IMG/VR virus record: IMGVR_UViG_3300040856_003054
Location: 72,141-136,140 of that record
Strand: one strand, 5' to 3'
DNA from: a virus
DNA length: 64,000 nt
Made by a program: the position numbers and the translations under genes. Of the stretch, positions 26,739-33,736 are shown one piece after another. The number at the start of each line of letters is the position of its first letter. Position 1 is the stretch's first letter. The notes under the pieces were generated by a model. The model was not told the origin of the DNA, searched no databases, and saw nothing but the letters and a program-made list of their open reading frames with translations.

Positions 26739-27035
26739 ATGACAACTGCAATCTTTGATTCTGCTTTCTTCGGTTATTCTAATCTGCCTGATTTGATTGA
26801 GGTTAATGATCAAAAACTGATTCCAATTAAAACTCTAAAGGTATTTCAAAAAGGAACACATTTTGTTCAGTATGCTTGCAAAGTTCTAAAGATTCAGATT
26901 CATCGACCAGTCAAAGGTTTGTTGTGTGTAGAAGATCAGTATGCTCAAGTTCTTGAGTATTTGTATCTGAATTATAGCAATCCTTCTGGACGTAATGATG
27001 CACAAGCAATTCTAAATGTGTTTTCTATTCAATGA
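26739..27035 (+). CDS. hypothetical protein
   Basis: 98 aa ORF. Confidence 0.55.
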   Translation: MTTAIFDSAFFGYSNLPDLIEVNDQKLIPIKTLKVFQKGTHFVQYACKVLKIQIHRPVKGLLCVEDQYAQVLEYLYLNYSNPSGRNDAQAILNVFSIQ

Positions 27036-27283
27036 TCAAATCTCTTCTGAATCTGATACCAGTCAAACACGGATCTTATACTCAAGAAGGTAATCAGATT
27101 CGTCGAACATTCTCATTTGGTTATAGTTACATTATCACCACATGTAAGACATCAAAAGAAGCACAACGTATCGTAAATCAATTCAATTTGTTATGACTAA
27201 AACAAGTTTCTATCAAGGTCAATCGTATTCTAAGTTTGATGCCTATTATGAAGAGGAAGATTGTGAGCACGATGATTATATGA

Positions 27284-27490
27284 GTGCAGAAGATTACGAA
27301 CGTCGTGAATACTATCGGACTCATGATTGAAACTGATTTCTTTATTCTGAATGGTGAACAGTATCAAGAGTATTATACTGAAGCAACAAAGGTAGGTGTT
27401 ACTCTTGATTACTATTTGATGGAGTTTACGGATACTGAAGGACCAGATGTTGTATATGATGGAGAGAATTGGGTTGAGATTAGTGAATAA
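27284..27490 (+). CDS. acidic hypothetical protein
   Basis: Likely start MIETDF; GVTLDYYLMEF. Confidence 0.55.
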   Translation: MQKITNVVNTIGLMIETDFFILNGEQYQEYYTEATKVGVTLDYYLMEFTDTEGPDVVYDGENWVEISE

Positions 27491-27552
27491 ATAGTGATGC
27501 TTAAATGAGTCGCATCTTTAAGTAGAGAGGGGGCAGAAATGCTCCTTTTCTT
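27486..27552 (+). ncRNA. candidate antisense sRNA / RNA switch cassette D
   Basis: AATAAATA; stem TGCTTAAA/TTTAAGTA; CTTAAA-T-GAGTCGCA at 27500-27514 complementary to 27566-27579; GGGGCA-GAAA-TGCTCC terminator. Confidence 0.6.
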
Positions 27553-27553
27553 G

Positions 27554-27561
27554 TATAAATA
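27554..27561 (+). promoter_or_regulatory. T4-type late promoter TATAAATA
   Basis: Exact consensus. Confidence 0.8.
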
Positions 27562-27585
27562 ATACTGCGACTCTTTAAGACAAGA

Positions 27586-28350
27586 ATGAATAACAAGTAT
27601 TACACTTACGCCTATTTGCGTGAAGATGGAACTCCCTATTATATTGGAAAAGGAGAAGGGAATCGTGCATATAAAAAGCAACATAATTGCCCTGTTCCAA
27701 AAGATAGAAATCGCATCATCTTTCTTAAACAAAATCTTTGTGAAGAAGAAGCACTTAGACACGAAACTTATCTAATAGCAGTTCTTGGTAGGAAAGATTT
27801 AGGAACTGGAATCTTACGCAATTTGACTGATGGTGGAGAAGGTGTGAGTGGAGTTGTTTGGACTGAAGAAAGGAGAAAAAGTTTTAGTGAATATAAAAAG
27901 AAAAATCCATCTATTATGTCTGATGAATATATTGAAAGATTGAGAAGAAGGATGAAAAACTTCAGTCACACTGATGAAGCAAAGGATAAAATAAGCAGAG
28001 CAAATAGTGGTAGAAAATGGGATGAAGATAGTAGGAAAAGAGGAAGTATTGCACAAAAAGAAAGATATAAAAAAGGCAACAATTCTCTTGCTAATCTCAC
28101 TCCAGAAAAGAGAAAGGAAATTGTGCAAAAGTCAAATGAAACTAATAAGAAAAATGGAACAGGCGCCTGGGGTTTAAGTGAAGAAGAAAGAAGAGAAAGA
28201 GCAAAGAAAAACTATCACAAAACTCTTGGAGTTGTTAATTCTACAATGTGGAAATGTTTAGTAACTGGAAAGATTACAAATGCAGGAGCATTGACAGGTT
28301 ATCAGAAAGCAAGAGGAATTGATATTTCATTAAGAGAGAAAATTGTATAA
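27586..28350 (+). CDS. free-standing GIY-YIG (Seg-like) endonuclease with NUMOD3-like repeats
   Basis: YTYAYLREDGTPYYIGKG; HTDEAKDKISRANSG. Confidence 0.8.
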   Translation: MNNKYYTYAYLREDGTPYYIGKGEGNRAYKKQHNCPVPKDRNRIIFLKQNLCEEEALRHETYLIAVLGRKDLGTGILRNLTDGGEGVSGVVWTEERRKSFSEYKKKNPSIMSDEYIERLRRRMKNFSHTDEAKDKISRANSGRKWDEDSRKRGSIAQKERYKKGNNSLANLTPEKRKEIVQKSNETNKKNGTGAWGLSEEERRERAKKNYHKTLGVVNSTMWKCLVTGKITNAGALTGYQKARGIDISLREKIV

Positions 28351-28389
28351 AATCTTTGTTTTTATGGTCAAATAGTGCTAAAAAGTAAT

Positions 28390-28780
28390 AAAAACGTTAA
28401 TAAATGTATTTTTAAATGTATATGAATGTTTTTAATCGCTGATAATTATTCTTATTAAATGGTGATAATAATACTGATTCGTATCAGATAGTAGGTGTTT
28501 ATTGTCTTATAAATGTCTCTCTGAGTCCTTATTTGACCTTTTAAATGTGCTCAGGTCTTGTGATTATGCCCTTATAAAGTATCAATTAAACTCCTTAAAT
28601 GTCTTATAAATGTGTCGAGGTCTTGTGATCTTAGGCCCCACTGTAACACGAACGACCCCAAAATGTCAAGCACCCCGAAATAAAACTCCACAACCCCGTC
28701 ATAAAACCCACACAGACCCCGCAAAAACATCACCAGACCCCCATAAATACGCTCAACCCCCTTGACATAAAACCCACAGC
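28390..28780. repeat. non-coding repeat tract, origin-like
   Basis: Six TAAATGT copies, two AGGTCTTGTGAT copies, six ACCCC boxes at about 20 bp spacing, strong strand skew. Confidence 0.65.
28640..28669 (-). promoter_or_regulatory. leftward sigma70-like promoter
   Basis: Minus strand TTGACA-18-TACAGT with TGn extension. Confidence 0.5.
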
Positions 28781-28790
28781 ATCTTAGAGT
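28762..28790 (+). promoter_or_regulatory. rightward sigma70-like promoter
   Basis: TTGACA-17-TAGAGT. Confidence 0.55.
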
Positions 28791-28817
28791 ATTTCTATAC
28801 ACATCAGGAGCACACTT

Positions 28818-28991
28818 ATGTCAGTTGCGTATTCTCAAGCACAGAAGCAGCGTTATAGGGTCACTCTAGATCTATCAGTGTTCGGTGACTTCGACCCACA
28901 TCAGATTGACTGGGAGAAGTTATTTAAGTTAGAACCTGCAGAGAAGTGTGATGCTTATGTTGAGGACCTAAGTGTACCTGATAAGTGGTAA
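28818..28991 (+). CDS. small conserved hypothetical protein (57 aa)
   Basis: AGGAG SD; RYRVTLDL...DFDPHQIDWEKLF. Confidence 0.65.
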   Translation: MSVAYSQAQKQRYRVTLDLSVFGDFDPHQIDWEKLFKLEPAEKCDAYVEDLSVPDKW

Positions 28992-29013
28992 GTTGCTCTG
29001 ATTGTTGATACCA

Positions 29014-29085
29014 TGTGCCAAAAGTACTAGTGTCACAATAAATGAGCACAGCACCCAAAATCATGTATTCTATAAGGGTCGAGAT
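29014..29085 (+). promoter_or_regulatory. palindrome-associated early promoter (ATGAGCACAG subtype)
   Basis: TGTGCCA...TGTCACA, AAATGAGCACAG, TGTATTCT. Confidence 0.7.
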
Positions 29086-29097
29086 CACCACACAGCA

Positions 29098-29412
29098 ATG
29101 CGCAAGATCGAAACCCTGATGAATGAAGCAGTGACTGAAGCACTGAACTGGAAAAGTGGCAACACTGAGGTGAAAACAGATCTTTCAAATAACTCCCGTG
29201 TGTTTCTTCACGGCAACCATATTGCAACCATTGGTGAGGGTTTCATTCAGTTATTTGATGGAGGTTGGCGTACAGCAACGACTAAATCACGCCTCAATTC
29301 TTTACTCTTTGCTCACGGTGCTGATGATAAAGTATTCCAGAAGAAAGGAGAGTGGTTTGTGTCAACTAACAGCGGCACAGTTAAGTTCACCACTGGTATG
29401 ATTCTCTGGTGA
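29098..29412 (+). CDS. conserved cyanophage early protein
   Basis: MRKIE..M..A....NWKSGNT...LHGNHIA...GGW.T.TTKSRLN. Confidence 0.7.
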   Translation: MRKIETLMNEAVTEALNWKSGNTEVKTDLSNNSRVFLHGNHIATIGEGFIQLFDGGWRTATTKSRLNSLLFAHGADDKVFQKKGEWFVSTNSGTVKFTTGMILW

Positions 29413-29422
29413 TTGTTTATAC

Positions 29423-29497
29423 CTTGTGCCAGTCAGATCTCTGGCACAAGACCCCTTGAGATCTCCACCGATCTCTGCAATACTTAAAGAGTCAAAG
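29423..29497 (+). promoter_or_regulatory. palindrome-associated early promoter
   Basis: CTTGTGCCAG-N8-CTGGCACAAG; TTGAGA; CAATACT. Confidence 0.75.
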
Positions 29498-29507
29498 AAC
29501 GACACCG

Positions 29508-29816
29508 ATGCAACTCCAAGACCTCTACAAAAACATCACCCTCACTGAGGAACTTGCACTGGAAAACTATCAGCAACGCAATGGGGTTGTTGATTATAAA
29601 CTGCCTGGGGAGTGTAATCATTACTTCGCAAAGTATGATTTGAATGGCACTCGCATCGGTGAGATCTGCCTGACCTGTAAAGTTGCCAAGAGTGTAAAAG
29701 GTCAGTTGCGTTATACTTTCCAGATCGACGGTAAGAGAGTTTCAAAGGCGCAGATTGATCACTCTATGATCTATCGGGGCGCGATTGAAGGTTATGCTCC
29801 TGGCACCTACTTCTGA
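29508..29816 (+). CDS. hypothetical protein
   Basis: ORF after promoter. Confidence 0.6.
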   Translation: MQLQDLYKNITLTEELALENYQQRNGVVDYKLPGECNHYFAKYDLNGTRIGEICLTCKVAKSVKGQLRYTFQIDGKRVSKAQIDHSMIYRGAIEGYAPGTYF

Positions 29817-29818
29817 GG

Positions 29819-29877
29819 TGTGACAATCGGGGAACTGGTCAGAACCCCTTGACCTGATCCCCCAGATACCATAAGAT
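29819..29877 (+). promoter_or_regulatory. palindrome-associated early promoter
   Basis: TGTGACAAT-N6-ACTGG; TTGACC-17-TAAGAT. Confidence 0.7.
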
Positions 29878-29923
29878 AGGTTCATCGGGGGGAGGAAACG
29901 AACCCCACACAATCTTCACTCTC

Positions 29924-30175
29924 ATGAGCACCACTTTCCAGACCAACATCACCGACACCAACTATAACGGTTGGACCAATTATGAAACCTGGAATGTATC
30001 TCTGTGGATTCAGAATGATCCTGGTTTGTATTATTTCGCCAAGGATTGTGAGTCCTACGATGATCTGATCTCTGGTCTTTATGATTGTGGTTCTACTGAA
30101 ACCCCTGACGGTGTGAAGTGGAATGATTCTAAGATCAACCACATTGAGATCAACGAAATGCTGGAAGATCTCTGA
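29924..30175 (+). CDS. conserved phage early protein (NGWTNYETW family)
   Basis: YNGWTNYETWNVSLWIQND...TPDGV. Confidence 0.7.
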   Translation: MSTTFQTNITDTNYNGWTNYETWNVSLWIQNDPGLYYFAKDCESYDDLISGLYDCGSTETPDGVKWNDSKINHIEINEMLEDL

Positions 30176-30211
30176 TCTCCAGTCACACCAACCCCACCAC
30201 ACTTTCCTCTC

Positions 30212-30403
30212 ATGACTGTTACCCAGTTCGCAACACTGTCTAACATCGACCTTGCAATTGCTGAGGTTCAAGGTAAAGTTAAGGTGACACGGTTAGCAAC
30301 AGTGAAACCCCGTAAGTCTGACCTGATAATGACACAAACTAAGGGGAATCGTTGTAGAACTAACCGTAGCAGTGGCACTAACTTTGTGACACAAGTTCGC
30401 TGA
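30212..30403 (+). CDS. small basic hypothetical protein
   Basis: ORF. Confidence 0.5.
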   Translation: MTVTQFATLSNIDLAIAEVQGKVKVTRLATVKPRKSDLIMTQTKGNRCRTNRSSGTNFVTQVR

Positions 30404-30476
30404 GTTAGTGACACAAACAGTCCTGAGTATGACTCTAAACTACTCACACACAGTTCTCTACTCTTTCTTCTACATT

Positions 30477-30614
30477 ATGACCCGCTCGATTGCACTTTCT
30501 CTTCTGAATCAAGCATCTAACGGCACTGAACTTCTGTCCATTCTGGATGTTATCATGAGTGATGAATCTGCGGTAAGTAACAACGAACCCACTGCAGATA
30601 GCATCGAGTTCTGA
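30477..30614 (+). CDS. small hypothetical protein
   Basis: MTRSIALSLLNQASNGTELLSILD. Confidence 0.55.
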   Translation: MTRSIALSLLNQASNGTELLSILDVIMSDESAVSNNEPTADSIEF

Positions 30615-30618
30615 TCGT

Positions 30619-30663
30619 TAACTGGGTGGGGATTTAGGTATTCTTTCTCCCCGCCCTCAGTTA
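30619..30663 (+). terminator. GC-rich hairpin closing the early gene block
   Basis: TAACTG-GGTGGGGA...TCCCCGCC-CT-CAGTTA; lacks a good U-tract. Confidence 0.4.
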
Positions 30664-30709
30664 TATCATGAATTAGATGTTTGAGTGATTATAATTAAAC
30701 AGTGGTGAT

Positions 30710-30800
30710 TGATTGTTTATTCGTGCAATCGCAGTTTATTCGTATTCTTATTCGCAGTTAATTTATATCGTTGTTTATTGTTTATATCGGGCGATGCGGT
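30710..30800. repeat. T-rich short-repeat tract
   Basis: TTATTCG x3, TTTATATCG x2, TCGCAGTT x2. Confidence 0.6.
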
Positions 30801-30884
30801 TATAAAAATCGATAACTACCCTAACCTACACTGTATGTCTTTTTCGACCTCTAAATATCAATCTCATAAAAATTTTCCGAAGGT

Positions 30885-31046
30885 ATGACAGCACTCAAAA
30901 ACCGCCACCATAGAAATCCTTATTGGAATTTTTGGAGAGTGATACTCGCAGGTTGGATAATCAGATATCCAAAGACAATGAGTAGAGTGATACTAGTTCC
31001 TCTTGGGTTTTTGATAGTACTGATATATAATGCGATAGTAAATTAA
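30885..31046 (+). CDS. small membrane protein (53 aa)
   Basis: Manually read ORF ...PYWNFWRVILAGWIIRYP...; CTAAATA upstream. Confidence 0.5.
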   Translation: MTALKNRHHRNPYWNFWRVILAGWIIRYPKTMSRVILVPLGFLIVLIYNAIVN

Positions 31047-31080
31047 GATTTGCGCAAAAAATTCCGGAGATATTTTTCAT

Positions 31081-31272
31081 ATGGAAAAGGTCTATCACAT
31101 CTATGCAAAAGATAGATGTTTATTTCATTCAGTAAAAGAAGATGAATTCATAACAACTTGGAATACCCTCAATAATATGGTTGGTTTAATGAAAACCGAC
31201 TATAGTGTTGAGGATTTATCGTATGAAGAATTGACTGTAAATAAAGACACAATATTGAATTCATCGCATTGA
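31081..31272 (+). CDS. conserved cyanophage hypothetical protein
   Basis: VYHIYAKD.CL...MVGLMKTDY...LSYEEL. Confidence 0.65.
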   Translation: MEKVYHIYAKDRCLFHSVKEDEFITTWNTLNNMVGLMKTDYSVEDLSYEELTVNKDTILNSSH

Positions 31273-31322
31273 CAAAGACATATATACACTGTTAAAATTG
31301 ACATTGAAGGTTTATTTCTCTT

Positions 31323-32093
31323 ATGGCAAAAGGATTTACTGTTAAAGCTGCTGCTCCCACAAAAAAGACAGAAGCAGAGTGGGATTATGGTGCAATTAAA
31401 GAACGAATGAAAGGTAAGACAATTGTATTTTGTCTTCCTGGTCGTGGATGTTCTTTTATCTTTCTGAAGAACTTTGTGCAACTGTGCTTTGATATGGTAC
31501 AGAATGGAATGAGTATTCAGATTTCTCAAGATTATTCTTCGATGGTTAACTTTGCACGCTGTAAAGTATTAGGTGCAAATGTTCTCCGTGGTCCGAAGCA
31601 AATTCCTTGGGACGGTAAACTACAATATGATTATCAACTTTGGATTGATAGTGACATTGTATTCACCACAGAAAAGTTCTGGCAATTGTGTGACGTTGCA
31701 TTTCCTGCAGAAGGTGAGGATCGTCCTATCAGTGCTGGATGGTATGCAACAGAAGATGGTCACACAACCTCAGTAGCACACTGGTTGGAAGAAGATGATT
31801 TCCGCAAGAATGGTGGAGTCATGAACCACGAAACTGTGGAATCGATCAGCAAGCGTAAGAAGCCATTCACTGTGGACTACACAGGTTTTGGATGGGTGCT
31901 CATTAAGAAGGGTGTCTTTGAGAACCTTGAGTATCCTTGGTTTGCTCCGAAGATGCAAGTCTTTGAGTCCGGAGCTGTTCAGGATATGTGTGGAGAGGAT
32001 GTATCATTCTGTCTTGATGCAATTGAAAAGGGTTATGAGATCTGGTGCGATCCTCGTATCAGAGTGGGACATGAAAAAACTCGTATTATCTGA
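31323..32093 (+). CDS. glycosyltransferase family 2-like protein (cyanophage conserved)
   Basis: LWIDSDIVF (DxD), GFGW, GEDVSFC, D..I.VGH; TTGACA promoter at 31269. Confidence 0.75.
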   Translation: MAKGFTVKAAAPTKKTEAEWDYGAIKERMKGKTIVFCLPGRGCSFIFLKNFVQLCFDMVQNGMSIQISQDYSSMVNFARCKVLGANVLRGPKQIPWDGKLQYDYQLWIDSDIVFTTEKFWQLCDVAFPAEGEDRPISAGWYATEDGHTTSVAHWLEEDDFRKNGGVMNHETVESISKRKKPFTVDYTGFGWVLIKKGVFENLEYPWFAPKMQVFESGAVQDMCGEDVSFCLDAIEKGYEIWCDPRIRVGHEKTRII

Positions 32094-32242
32094 TGAAACA
32101 ATACAACGTACTTTACAAAGGACGTAAAATTTATACAAACCTCAGTGCAGAAGAGTGTACTGAGGTTCTTCAAGAACTTTCTGAGCGTTTTTACTCGGAA
32201 GAGGATTTTGATCTAAATTTAATTGAAATGGAGGAAGTTTAA
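32093..32242 (+). CDS. small hypothetical protein
   Basis: TGATG-coupled ORF, manually read. Confidence 0.55.
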   Translation: MKQYNVLYKGRKIYTNLSAEECTEVLQELSERFYSEEDFDLNLIEMEEV

Positions 32243-32376
32243 TGGCACTCAAAGGTAATCTGTTCCAATCTGGAGCACCTAAGAAAACACGTCAAGGTTG
32301 TTCTTCTCGTACACTACTCAGTGCGACCTCTCGTAATGGTCGTAAAAAGAAGTATCGTGGACAAGGTAAAGGTTAA
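32242..32376 (+). CDS. small basic conserved cyanophage protein
   Basis: PKKTRQG...KKKYRGQG. Confidence 0.65.
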   Translation: MALKGNLFQSGAPKKTRQGCSSRTLLSATSRNGRKKKYRGQGKG

Positions 32377-32402
32377 ATATTAATAGATCTGTAAGTTGAT
32401 AC

Positions 32403-33020
32403 ATGTACCATCTCGATTCCAATGATGAATGGAAATCGATTCATGTAGAAGATTTGTGGGTATATAACAAACTGATCTTAAATACTCATCTAAGACATCT
32501 CTGTGGACCTACAGGGGTGTCTGTTCCATATTCAGGATATTATATCGTCCGACCAAGTATTAATTTACTTGGGATGGGAAGATTTTCTCGTATAGAGTGG
32601 ATTGATAAAGAAACAGAACACTTTCATCCAGCAGAGTTTTGGTGTGAAATTTTTAAAGGTGAACACATGAGTGTTGATTTTCACTATAAAAAGTCATCAT
32701 TAGTTGTAATTGGAGAAAGAGAATTGGAAGATCCATTCTATAAGTGGAAAAAATGGCATAAGATAGATAGAGAAGTAGAGTTTCCTGGAATATTAAATGA
32801 TTTAAAGGGAGATTATGAGTGGATAAACTGCGAATTCATTGATAATAATCTCATAGAAGTGCATTTTAGAAGAAATCCTGACTTTAGATACGGAAATTCC
32901 GTTGCCATTCCTGTTTGGATTGGAGAAAAAGTAGAAGAAAAAGAAAATTTAACATTTGTAGAAGAGAAAGATTACTTAAGAGAAGGTTTTTATATCAATA
33001 ACGGGATAGTAACCCCGTAA
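32403..33020 (+). CDS. ATP-grasp-like protein
   Basis: YIVRP...GMG...E.F.GEH.SVD...INCEF...IEVHFR.N follows the ATP-grasp motif order. Confidence 0.5.
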   Translation: MYHLDSNDEWKSIHVEDLWVYNKLILNTHLRHLCGPTGVSVPYSGYYIVRPSINLLGMGRFSRIEWIDKETEHFHPAEFWCEIFKGEHMSVDFHYKKSSLVVIGERELEDPFYKWKKWHKIDREVEFPGILNDLKGDYEWINCEFIDNNLIEVHFRRNPDFRYGNSVAIPVWIGEKVEEKENLTFVEEKDYLREGFYINNGIVTP

Positions 33021-33053
33021 AAAGTTCTGATCTAACAAATCAGGAGCAAAGAG

Positions 33054-33308
33054 ATGACCAAAAAAGTCGATAAAGACCAAAATTTCATGAAAAATGAGTG
33101 GGGAACTGAATTTTTATCATCAGAATATGGTTGGGAGGAGAAAATCCAGAAGCAAAAGATGCTTCGAGAGATTGCAAATGATGATGCAACACCAAAAAAA
33201 CACGATTTTATGGTTCAAAATGAGTTACATGCAAAAATTCGTAACGATGAGGACTATGATGATTGGGAATATGGAACAGAACCTCTTTATGAATCAAAAA
33301 ATCTCTAA
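33054..33308 (+). CDS. hypothetical protein
   Basis: AGGAG SD; acidic C-terminus. Confidence 0.6.
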   Translation: MTKKVDKDQNFMKNEWGTEFLSSEYGWEEKIQKQKMLREIANDDATPKKHDFMVQNELHAKIRNDEDYDDWEYGTEPLYESKNL

Positions 33309-33334
33309 TAAATAAGATAGATTTATAATTTTCC

Positions 33335-33736
33335 ATGCCTGTAGAACGGGTAAGTAAAGGTTTCAAAGACATTAGCGCATCATTTCAGGTCAATCCGTTG
33401 ACCTATGATTTGATTGCGATTAAAAACGAAACTGCAATTGCCCGTTCAGTTCGTAATCTTGTCTTGACTGCACAAGGAGAAAGATTTTTTAATCCTATTC
33501 TTGGATCAAAGGTAAGTAGATTATTATTTGAAAGTGTTGATGAGATAACAGCATCTGCAATTCAAGAAGAAATCACAACAACGATCAATAATTTTGAACC
33601 AAGAGTTAATTTACTATCAGTAGATGTCTCTCCAGATTATGATAATGGAGAATTTAATGTAACCGTCAGATATGAAATTGTTGGAATTGATGTATTACCT
33701 CAACAATTATCATTTGCATTACAACCAACACGCTAA
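33335..33736 (+). CDS. gp25: baseplate wedge subunit gp25
   Basis: AIARSVRNLVLT..GERFFNP..GS...LFE...FEPRV; late promoter AATAAATA at 33307. Confidence 0.92.
   Translation: MPVERVSKGFKDISASFQVNPLTYDLIAIKNETAIARSVRNLVLTAQGERFFNPILGSKVSRLLFESVDEITASAIQEEITTTINNFEPRVNLLSVDVSPDYDNGEFNVTVRYEIVGIDVLPQQLSFALQPTR

Noticed and set aside
1451-28350. Endonucleases as group I intron-encoded ORFs
   Set aside because: Flanking genes are not split, no intron core was recognised, and each gene has its own late promoter.
845-29877. Repeated palindromes as a CRISPR array or as attC-like integron sites
   Set aside because: Copies are degenerate, separated by whole genes of variable length and fixed relative to -10 boxes; no cas or integrase gene is present in the window.
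29877-29915. glnA/glutamine riboswitch at GTTCATC...
   Set aside because: Only a short 5' resemblance; the remaining conserved core is absent.
30419-30446. Hammerhead ribozyme at CTGAGTA
   Set aside because: It lacks the CUGANGA/GAAA core and three-stem junction; a pseudoknot fits better.
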